Below are positions 13,561 through 23,100 of a stretch of DNA of 24,000 nt, piece by piece. Each line of letters opens with the position of its first letter. Positions within the stretch are counted from its first letter, which is position 1. Both the position numbers and the translations under genes were made by a program. Source of the stretch: Candidatus Endomicrobium neocapritermitis (GTDB taxonomy: Bacteria > Elusimicrobiota > Endomicrobiia > Endomicrobiales > Endomicrobiaceae); contig WRJZ01000032.1 of NCBI GenBank assembly GCA_009778325.1, positions 21,933 through 45,932 of the forward strand, written 5' to 3'. The notes below the pieces were generated by a model. It had not been told where the DNA came from, did no database searches, and saw only the letters and a program-made list of their open reading frames with translations.

Positions 13561-13839
13561 TTATTTTATCATCTGAGAAAGAAAATTAATCAAATCTTTC
13601 TTTACTTCTTCATTTATGCTGTAATGCATCCAGGAGCCATCTTTGCGGGAATTTACCAATTTGCACTTAACGAGCATTTGCATATGGTAACTGAGCGTCG
13701 GCTGGGTTATATGAAATTCGTCAAGCAGCTCGCATGCGCAAAGAGTGCCTCCTTTAGATAACATTCCTATAACTTTAAGACGCGTTTCATCGCCGAGCGC
13801 TTTGAGCATAACGGCATATTCCTTATATTTTTTACTCAT
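13561..13839 (-). CDS. arsR: ArsR/SmtB-family metalloregulator
   Basis: Winged HTH: LGDETRLKVIGML, a metal-site-like LCACELL, and the recognition helix ITQPTLSYHMQML. ATG 13839 has GGAGGA just upstream (short spacer). ATG 13854 is the ORF-track alternative. Confidence 0.85.
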   Translation of the reverse strand: MSKKYKEYAVMLKALGDETRLKVIGMLSKGGTLCACELLDEFHITQPTLSYHMQMLVKCKLVNSRKDGSWMHYSINEEVKKDLINFLSQMIK

Positions 13840-13855
13840 GCATCCTCCAAACATA

Positions 13856-13884
13856 TTGATATTTGTCTATTTGTTTAGTATAAT
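13856..13884 (+). promoter_or_regulatory. candidate promoter of the permease/thioredoxin operon (TTGATA-17 nt-TATAAT)
   Basis: The -35 is at 13856-13861 and a perfect -10 TATAAT at 13879-13884, with a 17-nt spacer. This is about 45 nt upstream of ATG 13930. Confidence 0.55.
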
Positions 13885-13906
13885 AAAACATATAGATATT
13901 TGTCAA
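13877..13906 (-). promoter_or_regulatory. candidate arsR promoter (TTGACA-18 nt-TATACT), face-to-face with the permease promoter
   Basis: On the minus strand the -35 TTGACA is at 13901-13906 and the -10 TATACT at 13877-13882. The two -10 elements overlap. Confidence 0.45.
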
Positions 13907-13929
13907 TATGTTACAAGGGGAAATAGTTT

Positions 13930-15078
13930 ATGTCGTTTATTAAAGAAGAATGGAAAAAATTATTATTGTTTATAACCGTTTTTTTGGTTGTATATTTTCT
14001 GCCTGTCGGAAATTTGCGGTTTAATAATGCCGTTATTAACTCCATCAGCATGCTTAATAATTATTTTAGGGAACATTTTTTGCTCGGATTGTTTCCCGCG
14101 ATGTTTATAGCGGGCGCCTTATCCGTATTTTTAAAATCGTCCGAAGTTATAAAATATATGGGCGGCAAAGCTAATAAAATAGTTGCTTATTGTTTTGCAT
14201 CTGTTTCGGGTTTTTTATTATCAGTGTGCTCATGCACGGTTATGCCTTTATTTGCCGGTATTTACAAAATGGGCGCGGGGCTTGGGCCTGCGGTAACATT
14301 TTTATTTGCCGGGCCGGCTATTAATTTGGTTGCGATTACAATGACAACCAGCGTGCTTGGCCTAAAAATGGGGCTGGTAAGAACTTTAACGGCAGTATTA
14401 TTTAGTTTTGTTGTCGGAATAATCATGGCATTTTTATTCAGACATGAAGAAGTTAAAAGAATACAAAATATTGCCGCAGCATGCGAAAGCGGCGATACGG
14501 CAAAACCGGCTTATGTTAATGCTATGTTTTTTACGTCAATGATAGCTCTGCTGGTGTTTTTATCATGGCATCATAAAAATTTTATGATTATAGCAATATG
14601 CGCTGCCGCGGCCTTGACTCTTATTTTTGTTTTGTTAAAATATTTTAAAAAAGACGATTATGCGGTTTGGATGATTGCAACATTCGAATATATCAAAAGA
14701 CAGATGCCTTTGCTTACAATAGGAATACTTGCTTCGGGTTTTTTCCTTGGTTTTGAAGGCAAAGACGGAATAATACCGTCATATTGGATTAATTCGGTTG
14801 TAGGCGGCAACGGGCTGCTTGCTAATTTTATTTCTTCTTTTTTAGGCTCGTTTATGTATTTTTGTACTTTAATAGAAGTGCCTATAGTTCAGGGTTTTAT
14901 GAATAACGGTATGGGGCAGGGACCTGCACTGGCTTTACTGTTGTCCGGTCCCGCGTTATCGCTGCCGAACATGCTTTTAATCCGAAGCGTTATGGGAACA
15001 AAAAAAACCGTCACATATGTATGCATAGTTGTAATTTTTTCTACGGCTGCAGGGTATGTTTTCGGTAACTTTTTCTAA
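13930..15078 (+). CDS. ArsP-type (DUF318 family) membrane permease
   Basis: 382-aa polytopic membrane protein. It has the vicinal-Cys motif LLSVCSCTVMPLF and the repeated segments FLFAGPAINLVAI / LLLSGPALSLPNM typical of this permease family. An AAGGGGA RBS is present. It is divergent from arsR. Confidence 0.8.
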   Translation: MSFIKEEWKKLLLFITVFLVVYFLPVGNLRFNNAVINSISMLNNYFREHFLLGLFPAMFIAGALSVFLKSSEVIKYMGGKANKIVAYCFASVSGFLLSVCSCTVMPLFAGIYKMGAGLGPAVTFLFAGPAINLVAITMTTSVLGLKMGLVRTLTAVLFSFVVGIIMAFLFRHEEVKRIQNIAAACESGDTAKPAYVNAMFFTSMIALLVFLSWHHKNFMIIAICAAAALTLIFVLLKYFKKDDYAVWMIATFEYIKRQMPLLTIGILASGFFLGFEGKDGIIPSYWINSVVGGNGLLANFISSFLGSFMYFCTLIEVPIVQGFMNNGMGQGPALALLLSGPALSLPNMLLIRSVMGTKKTVTYVCIVVIFSTAAGYVFGNFF

Positions 15079-15083
15079 ATCGG

Positions 15084-15104
15084 ATTGCGGGTCAAGCCCG
15101 CAAT
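15084..15104. repeat. REP-like hairpin ATTGCGGG-tcaag-CCCGCAAT with 'cgcaatgac' core
   Basis: An 8-bp perfect stem lying between the permease stop (15078) and the thioredoxin-fold gene start (15126). Confidence 0.7.
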
Positions 15105-15125
15105 GACGGCTAAAAGGATAAAAAA

Positions 15126-15365
15126 ATGAAAATTATAAAAATTCTTGCAACCGGCGACTGTTCCAACTGCAAAAGAATTTATAATCTGGTTGAAAATAAA
15201 ATTAAGGAAAAGCAGTTAAACGTTAAGCTTGAAAAAATAAGCGATATTAATAAAATTTTAGAATACGGCGTAATGACTACGCCCGCGGTAGTTATAGATG
15301 AAAAACTTGTTTTTGCGGGCGGCCTTCCTACGCAAAAACAGCTTGATAAATGGTTTGAAGAATAA
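15126..15365 (+). CDS. small thioredoxin-fold protein (redox-active disulfide protein 2 family)
   Basis: 79 aa with an N-terminal CxxC (GDCSNCKR) and GVMTTPAVVIDEKLVFAGGLP. This is the usual partner of DUF318/ArsP permeases in ArsR-regulated operons. Confidence 0.8.
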   Translation: MKIIKILATGDCSNCKRIYNLVENKIKEKQLNVKLEKISDINKILEYGVMTTPAVVIDEKLVFAGGLPTQKQLDKWFEE

Positions 15366-15416
15366 ATAAAAAAATATTAAGACAACTATAAACAACGTCT
15401 CTGTGGCATAACTTCT

Positions 15417-16826
15417 TTAAATATTAAAATAACTATCGATTTCATCTTTAACTTCTTTAATTAATTTTTTCTTTTCATTTTTTAACTCAAAAGCTTCTTT
15501 TATTAATTTTGTAATATTATCAACGCTATTTTTATCTAATATTGGTATTTCAAACTCTTTAAGTCTATCTTCTCTTAAATGTGGAATTGTAGAACCAATT
15601 ACAGTTCTTCTCATAGCCTGATATAATCCTGTTTCTTTTAATGATAAAACAGTAAATATATATTCAGCTGTTAAATTATATTTTTTTGCTTCCGGCTTTA
15701 ATCTCAATCTTACTATTCCCGATGAAATGATAGTTTTATCATTTGCAGTTACCATTGCGGCCATACCGATTTTTCCATCTTTAGTATATAGTATATCTCC
15801 AGATTTAACATCTTGTTGTAGTTCTTTATAAATAGAAAACGGAACATAATAATCAGGAAATTGGTCTATTTCATAATTAACCAAGTCGGAAGTTCTGATA
15901 AACGGAATATCTTTTTCTTTTTTATCCAACGCTATCATATAGTTTGAACTGCCAACTTCGTCTCCTTTTTTTATAGTCGCTATTTTACCAAGCTGGATGG
16001 TTTCAAAGTTATCTTTGATAGCTTTAAGACTATTTACAAAAAGCGGATTAGAAAACATGGGAGTCCAAAAGCCAGTATGAAAAAAATCTGAAAGATTTAC
16101 AGAGTAAGTTTTTTCTTTTTGGATTTTTGAGAAATCAATATTAAGTTTTTGATAAAAAACCGTTTGAGATTGTTCTATTTTATTTATGCTTTGTCTATTA
16201 TATTCTATGATTTTCTTAACTTTAATTGAAATCTTATTTAAAATATTTTTTTCAGGTCTCAAAATACGAACTTTGTTTAATTGAGAATGCGTTAATTCTA
16301 CCCTTGTGTCTCCGTGAGTAGCTAATGAAGTTTGTGCCTGATAAAATTTTGAGTTAAAATATCCGGCTAAATAATACGGCGAAATGATATTTTCATCAAC
16401 GGTAATTTTTGAGACATGCTGGCTGATTACAGAGTTTGCATTTTTTTTATCGATAATACTTGCAACAGCTAATTTTGCGGCTGTAGCCTGGGTCCGCCCC
16501 ATAACAATATCATTTTCTTTTACTTTAATTTTCTCAGGAATATTTTTTGAAACAAATACTAAACTTTTTTCCTCTTCGTTTATTGCAAAAGGCTTAATAT
16601 TACCTACCCTGAGATATGGATATCCATTTTCTTTGGTTATATAGTTGTCAATATAGCTCCCACTTACGATTTTAGCATTTAGTTTCTCAATCGTTGTAAT
16701 TGTAAATGAGGTCTTCGCCTCGAATTTTTTGAAAATAGAATCTGTAAGAAAATATTTGACGTCAAATCTTTTTTCTTTGCATTTAAGGATTTCAGATTTT
16801 GTTATTGTTATTGTTTTTAAAGCCAT
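15417..16826 (-). CDS. restriction-modification specificity subunit (HsdS-like, two target-recognition domains)
   Basis: 469 aa with two variable halves, each followed by a conserved helical spacer (..RILRPEKNILNKISIKVKKIIEYNRQSINKIEQ.. and ..IPILDKNSVDNITKLIKEAFELKNEKKKLIKEV..). It starts 13 nt after the methylase stop. Confidence 0.85.
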   Translation of the reverse strand: MALKTITITKSEILKCKEKRFDVKYFLTDSIFKKFEAKTSFTITTIEKLNAKIVSGSYIDNYITKENGYPYLRVGNIKPFAINEEEKSLVFVSKNIPEKIKVKENDIVMGRTQATAAKLAVASIIDKKNANSVISQHVSKITVDENIISPYYLAGYFNSKFYQAQTSLATHGDTRVELTHSQLNKVRILRPEKNILNKISIKVKKIIEYNRQSINKIEQSQTVFYQKLNIDFSKIQKEKTYSVNLSDFFHTGFWTPMFSNPLFVNSLKAIKDNFETIQLGKIATIKKGDEVGSSNYMIALDKKEKDIPFIRTSDLVNYEIDQFPDYYVPFSIYKELQQDVKSGDILYTKDGKIGMAAMVTANDKTIISSGIVRLRLKPEAKKYNLTAEYIFTVLSLKETGLYQAMRRTVIGSTIPHLREDRLKEFEIPILDKNSVDNITKLIKEAFELKNEKKKLIKEVKDEIDSYFNI

Positions 16827-16839
16827 AATAAAATGTTAC

Positions 16840-18624
16840 CTAAAAAGTAAATTTGTTTTTTATAGCCCATTCTTTAAATGATTTTGCAATATTTGTTATA
16901 TCGTCTTCATCTATTTCTTTACCTCTTCTATCATGTCCGCAATATTCGGCAATAGCCATAAAAATCGGGTAGTCTTTTGGAATTTCACTTTGTAGAAGTT
17001 TTTGAATTATCATAATAGATGTTTTTGTTCCGGTATTCGGCAGAAAAGTTTCCAGAGGAATATCTATAATAGCCACAATTCTAACTTTGTTTATAAGCCA
17101 GTTTCTTATGTATTCTAAAGTTTCATTTCCATAAATACCATCAGGCAAAACTATAGCCATTCTTCCGCCGGGTTTTAATAACTGAAGGCATCTTTCAATA
17201 AAGAGAATTTGAGGCGCTTCCTTATCTTTTAATTTATCTTTTTCCCACGCATTTATTTTTTTGTTTTGCTTCCACTTATATCCAAGTTCATATTGTTTTA
17301 ATTTATCTTCACCTCTAACTGGAATTTTTGAACCGAAAGGAGGATTGGTAAGCAAGATATCAAAAGATTCTATTTTTATTTTTTGATTTGTCAGTTCTTT
17401 CCAATTATGCCGGGTATTTAAACTATCATCACAGACTACTCCGCTTTTACCATCTCCTATTAAAGTCATATATGCTTTTGTGACTTTCGATAAAAAAGAA
17501 TCTTTGTCGATACCTCTAAATTTTTCAGTGGCGATTTTTTGTTTTTCTTTCTCTATTTCACCTTGGGACCAACCGTACTCTTTGCCTTTTTCATCAATTT
17601 TTTGCCAAACATATCTTAATGCTTCAATTAAAAATCCTCCGCTGCCGCAGGCCGGATCTACTATTAAGTCTTCATCGCTTGGATCTAATATATCGACCAT
17701 CATTTTTATGACGTTTCTCGGAGTAAAGAATTGCCCCAGTTCGCCTTTTAAAGCATGTCCTATAAACGTCTCAAAAGCATCCGCGATTACGTCTCTTTCT
17801 GCTTCCATCAAGCAATAGTTTTGCAATTCTCCGACAACATATACAATAGAATTATCGTCTAAAGTAATATCGTCGTTTTTATCCAAAACTTCTTTATATG
17901 AAACTTTTACTTTACTAAAAATTTCCAGTATCCTTTCTTTTATTATTTTGGCTTTCTCGCCAATGCCGGCTCTAAAAGAAACAATGTCGTTTTGTTTAGT
18001 AAATTTTTCGTCGTATATTTTGCAAAAAATTAAATTTATTAATTGTTGAGCTAAAACTTCATCTCTTGTGGCTCCGACAGTATTGGCCGCCAAGTGATTT
18101 CGGATAGCTTTAAAAGTAGCTTTCAAATTATGCGTAGTTTTAAGATCTTTTCTTTTAAATCTTCCGATATCTTCTATTCTCTGCCCATATTGCGGGATAT
18201 TTGGTATTTCCTCAAAATCGATCCTTCCATTACTTTCTATTTTTCGTAAAAATAATCTTTCTTCGCCATTAAACCAAACGCCAAAAGACGCTTTTGAAAA
18301 TCGCAAGTAGTCTTGAAGCTGTGTTCTTCCATCCTTCCTATTTTTCTTTTTGCATTCAACTATTATGTAAACGGAATCTTCCTGTTTTTTATCATCTTGG
18401 AAAATAGCAATATCAACAGGATATTCTTTTTTTGTGTCAGATGGTCTTGCTTTGACTCTAAACTGAGGTCTTGTCTGTATGTGTTTTTTGGGATAATTAT
18501 AATCTTCTGCCAACTGTTTTGAAAAAATTTGCACAGCTTCAATTTCTTCTGGAGTAGCTTTTACTTCTTGTCCGGATATAAAATCAATAATATACCCGTC
18601 TCGAGTCCCTTTATTTATTGCCAT
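16840..18624 (-). CDS. N6-adenine DNA methyltransferase fused to an N-terminal HsdR_N-type PD-(D/E)xK nuclease domain
   Basis: The MTase motifs are FFTPRNV, DPACGSGGFL (motif I) and LTNPPFG (motif IV). The N-terminal ~130 aa reads YPVDIAIFQDD..VYIIVECKKKNRKDGRTQLQDYL..FGVWFNG, an HsdR N-terminal nuclease-type domain. ATG 18624 (MAINKG) has GGAG 6 nt upstream. The track start at 18636 has no RBS. Confidence 0.85.
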   Translation of the reverse strand: MAINKGTRDGYIIDFISGQEVKATPEEIEAVQIFSKQLAEDYNYPKKHIQTRPQFRVKARPSDTKKEYPVDIAIFQDDKKQEDSVYIIVECKKKNRKDGRTQLQDYLRFSKASFGVWFNGEERLFLRKIESNGRIDFEEIPNIPQYGQRIEDIGRFKRKDLKTTHNLKATFKAIRNHLAANTVGATRDEVLAQQLINLIFCKIYDEKFTKQNDIVSFRAGIGEKAKIIKERILEIFSKVKVSYKEVLDKNDDITLDDNSIVYVVGELQNYCLMEAERDVIADAFETFIGHALKGELGQFFTPRNVIKMMVDILDPSDEDLIVDPACGSGGFLIEALRYVWQKIDEKGKEYGWSQGEIEKEKQKIATEKFRGIDKDSFLSKVTKAYMTLIGDGKSGVVCDDSLNTRHNWKELTNQKIKIESFDILLTNPPFGSKIPVRGEDKLKQYELGYKWKQNKKINAWEKDKLKDKEAPQILFIERCLQLLKPGGRMAIVLPDGIYGNETLEYIRNWLINKVRIVAIIDIPLETFLPNTGTKTSIMIIQKLLQSEIPKDYPIFMAIAEYCGHDRRGKEIDEDDITNIAKSFKEWAIKNKFTF

Positions 18625-18795
18625 GAGAAACTCCATTTTACATATTTAAAATATATGATCTCTGGTAAATGATTATACAAAAAATATAAACTAAATTCTT
18701 GCTGCTTTTTTAGGACTTATAAACGGATTTACCATGACATGTATATTTTTTTAATGACAAATTTGCTATTACTATGCAGCAATAAATCCATACCC

Positions 18796-20088
18796 CTACG
18801 CATCCTTTTCAATTTTAATCTTTACGGTTTTTGCTTTAACAATAGACCTTGTCGCGTCAATCTGCTTTAAAGCTTTTTCAAGATTTTCGCGGCTGGTTTC
18901 GTGCGTTGTAACTATAATCTGCGTTATACCGTCATCGTCCATATCAGGCTGCGAAACGCTTGCGATAGATACTCTGAATTTCCCGAGTATGCCGGAAATT
19001 TTCGATAAAACGCCGGGCTTATCAACAACGCTGAAACGCAGATAATACGGAGCTTTGCTCTTTCCGGAAGGAAGAATTTTCAGTTTTGTTTTTTTGTCAT
19101 AAATAACGTCCGGCACTATTCCTGCGGTATTTGTAACTATAAATTCCGAAAGATTTATTATGTCCGAAACTACAGCGCTTGCCGCCGGCCCCTGCCCCGC
19201 GCCTTTGCCGTAAAATAAAACGTCGCCGGAATCTTTTCCGGTAATCATAACGGCATTGTATTCATTTTCAACGGTCGCGAAAACATGGTCGTGTTTTACA
19301 AGGCACGGCTGCACGGATAAATCTATGCCGTTTTTTGTTTTATGCGCCGAACCTATAAGCTTTATGTCATAGCCGAACTCTTTTGATATCAAAACGTCGT
19401 CAATATCCAAATCGGCAATGCCTTTAACCGCTATATCTTTGACTTTTATCCAGCCGCCCCACGCCAGAGAGGCAAGTATCGCAAGTTTATTTGCAGTGTC
19501 TATTCCTTTAACGTCAAAAGAAGGGTCAGCTTCGGCAAAACCGGCTTTTTGCGCGCCTTCCAGAGCTTTTTCATAGTCAACGCCTTTTTTTGTCATTTCG
19601 CTTAAAATAAAATTTGTCGTGCCGTTTAATATCCCTTTTATTTCAAGTATCTCTTCGGAAGCCATTCCTTCGCTTAAACCCTGCACAACGGGAATAACGC
19701 CGCCGACCGAAGCTTCGTAATAAATAGATTTTTGGCATTCCTGAGCTGCAGTAAAAATCTGGTCCCAGTATTTTGCGAGCACGGCTTTGTTTGCGGTAAC
19801 AACGTTTTTGCCGGCTTTTAAAGATTCTAAAATTATTGTTCTGGCAGGCTCATATCCGCCGATTAGCTCAACTATTAAATCTATTTCCGGATCTTTTATA
19901 ATGCTTCTGAAATTTTTAACATAAAGCTCCGGCCTGTCAATAGGATTTAAATCGCAAATGGATTTAACCTTTATGGGTTTTCCTACTTTACGCAAAGCTA
20001 TTTTTTTATTCTCTTCAAGAATTTTTACAACGCCTTTGCCGACCGTTCCGTAACCGATTAACCCGACATTAATGTATTTTTTTTCCAT
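18796..20088 (-). CDS. hom: homoserine dehydrogenase
   Basis: 430 aa with NAD-binding VGLIGYGTVGKGV, catalytic-domain blocks (LNGTTNFILSEM, GFAEADPSFDVKGIDTANKLAILA) and a C-terminal ACT domain (YYLRFSVVDKPGVLSKISGILGKFRVSI). Confidence 0.9.
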   Translation of the reverse strand: MEKKYINVGLIGYGTVGKGVVKILEENKKIALRKVGKPIKVKSICDLNPIDRPELYVKNFRSIIKDPEIDLIVELIGGYEPARTIILESLKAGKNVVTANKAVLAKYWDQIFTAAQECQKSIYYEASVGGVIPVVQGLSEGMASEEILEIKGILNGTTNFILSEMTKKGVDYEKALEGAQKAGFAEADPSFDVKGIDTANKLAILASLAWGGWIKVKDIAVKGIADLDIDDVLISKEFGYDIKLIGSAHKTKNGIDLSVQPCLVKHDHVFATVENEYNAVMITGKDSGDVLFYGKGAGQGPAASAVVSDIINLSEFIVTNTAGIVPDVIYDKKTKLKILPSGKSKAPYYLRFSVVDKPGVLSKISGILGKFRVSIASVSQPDMDDDGITQIIVTTHETSRENLEKALKQIDATRSIVKAKTVKIKIEKDA

Positions 20089-20109
20089 ATTTTCCTCAAT
20101 TATAAATAG

Positions 20110-20142
20110 TAAGCAGGCCGCAAAACATCTGCGACCTGCTTA
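20110..20142 (-). terminator. candidate terminator hairpin after the large C10/LRR gene
   Basis: TAAGCAGGCCGC-(9 nt)-GCGACCTGCTTA forms a 12-bp stem with one mismatch, 39 nt after the stop at 20181. The downstream U-tract is weak. Confidence 0.4.
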
Positions 20143-20180
20143 TATCATACTCAAATTTTGGCTTTAAATCAAAAAAGAGT

Positions 20181-23100
20181 TCACATTGTATGCGCTTCGC
20201 GGCAACAGTAGTAGCAGCCGTCAACTTTTTTGTAATGTTTCCCTGCGGCTTTCATAGCTTTTTCTAAACTGTCAAATTCGCCTATTTCTATCATATCCGA
20301 CTTTGTAGGCTTGCGCGTGCATGAGAACGCATGAATTTCATGCTCCCCGTTTTTATCGGCGCGCTTTGAAACATAATATTGTACTTTAACGGCAGGCATA
20401 TCAACAATTTGAGCTGTTCTTATTATTGTTTGTATATCCTGCAATGCTTTTGCGACAGCGTCATAATCCGCTCCCGCGGGAAGAATTTCCGCGGCTTTGT
20501 TCAAATGTTCCGTCAACGCGTGGATGTCCTGCGCGGACAAAGCCGTCTTTTCGCGAACCTGCAAAATATTTACAAGTTCGGGTCTGATGAATATATCGTA
20601 CAATTTGTAAAGTATCGGAATCGGCCATCGTATTGCAAGCTCCAATGAAATATGAAGCTCCGGCGGTCTCGGCAGTTCGATTGGAAGTTCAACTATAGTA
20701 AAATCTTTCCATACGTCTGCGGCCTGATATGCTTCGACATAACGCATACCTACTTTAAGCGTAATGTGTTTAAGCGATTGTACGCCGTTGACTGTTCTGT
20801 AAAGACCCTTGAATACATCTCTGCCGCATACCGGCGGCACGGATGTATTTGATGTTATCTGCGTGATCCCGGTACATCCTTCAAAAGCGGAATCTCCTAT
20901 GCTTCCCGCGCTAAATGAAACTTTAGTAATTCCGGTACATCCTTTAAAAGCTGAATCTCCTACGCTTTCCACGCTAAATGAAACTTCCGTAATACCGGAG
21001 GAATTTAAGAACGCTTTCTCTCTTATATGATTTACATAGTATATATGGCTGTTATCGCCGTAAGATACATCTCCGTAACGAAAGTAGGAAGGAATCGAAA
21101 CTTTTCCGGTATAGCCGGCGTTCGGGTTAGGAGCTGCTGCCGCGCTGCCGGAGTCTAAAATCACATATTTTATATTGTTTATGACCGTTGTTATACTCTG
21201 GTAATTATTGAAATGATTCCATCCCTGGGCATTTCTATAATTCTGTATGCAATTCTCGGGAACATATACCGGAATACTGCCGGCAATGCCGTTGAAAGTA
21301 TTTGCGCCGCAAGAAGGAGGCGTCCCGCGAAAAGACAAAATGCTTTTCATACCGCTGCATCCTTCAAAAGCGTTATCGCCGACAGCAGCGTTAAAACCGG
21401 CAGGAAAAGTAATGTTTGTTAACCCTTTACATCCGAAAAAAGCATAGCTGCCTATAGATTTCATATTGTGAATCACGATAGATTTTAACTTCGCGCACCC
21501 GTAAAACGCTTTGGGTCCGACGGAAATAATTTTGTGGGAGCCGTTAAAAGTTTCTAAATTTTCACACAAATAAAACGCGCTGCCGTAAATATCAATATTA
21601 TAATCCCTTGCGGCATTAACCCGGTTTAAACTTGTGCACTCTGAAAACGCGCCGTTAGCGATATATTTTATGCCCGCATCAATATTAATGCTGTTTAATG
21701 ATTTTTGCCTGGCAAACGCGGTTTCTCCTATTCCTGCAACATAATACATTATATCCCATTTAAATATCAGAAAGGGAATAGTCATATCCCCGTAATACGG
21801 ACCCGAGCCGGGGTACGGAACAGTTACCTCGGCGTCCAGGTATTCGGGCGATAATGGAAAATACGTGATGCCGTTTAACTCAAAACCGTATTTGCATCTG
21901 AATTTGGCTACGAGTTTTTTATCGGAAGTTACATTTATCAAAGTTACCTTTTTTTTGTTGCCGTAAGGCATGGCCTGCTGGTATTTGCCGTCAACGGAAA
22001 CGCTTTCAAACAAATAATTATTATTGTCTGACATTACAAAAGTCCTGTTGTAACCATGCACGACAGAAACCTCGCCGTACGGAAAAATTACGGGATTCCT
22101 GCTTAGCTCTTCTGATGGATAATTCCAAGATACTGCTATACAGTGCCTGTTGCCTATAGGTTTAATTTTATACATGATTCTGTTATTGTTTCCGTATCCG
22201 TTAATTGAACCCGCCAGATAAAAATACGCGTTGTCATACACGCCGTCTCCCCAGTTAAAATGGAAAAGCATGGTATCCTTATAACCGTCGCAAATAAAAG
22301 CGTGTTCGACGCCGGCATTGTTAGAACCGCAATAAAGCACAGGCTGCTGTTTATCAATTTCCGACTTGATCAGATCTCTCCACTTGCCGTCTTCGTCTTG
22401 AATTGTTCCGAAAATCCACCGGTTTTCTCCTTCTTCATTAATATTATTGTCGTATTGAAAATAATTTTTTAAAGCGTCTTTTGCCGCGCTGAAAGAAGCG
22501 GTGCTTACGCCGGGATAAGCGGAATATTTTGTATTTACGGAAATGCCGCAGTGCCGCATAAGCTGCGCCACCGTATCAATTTCTGCGGTTGTACTTGAAT
22601 AATCAAGCTGCTGAGGCATCAAATCCCACCTGTAAGCAGTATTGCCGAAATTAGCAGAAGGTTTTATCCCTCCGTTTTCGGCTTGTGTAGAGGTATGTTG
22701 TCCCGTGCCTACGTACGGATGTCCGTGATAGTACATAATCTGAGCCATAGCCGTAGCAAGGCTTCCCGTAAGGCATCGTCTTTCATTATCAACGGGCGGG
22801 CAAAGTTTGTTATACAAAGATCCCTGACTCCATTTTGTTTTTATCAACGGCTCTCCGGAGCTGCTGCTGTTATTAAGCTTACCCGGACTGTTACCCGTAT
22901 CCGTTGTATCGTTTTTCAAATTTTCCCATTCCAAAGCCGTTTCTTCTTTTTCTTTTTCTTTGTTTTTTCTTATTTGTATTATTCTTAAACGGAAAGCTTC
23001 AAAATAATCTTTCATGCCCGCCGGAACATCTTTGCCGATTTGCAAATTTTCCAATTCTAAAGCTTCTTCTTTATTTCCTTCTTCATCGTTTTTTCTTATT

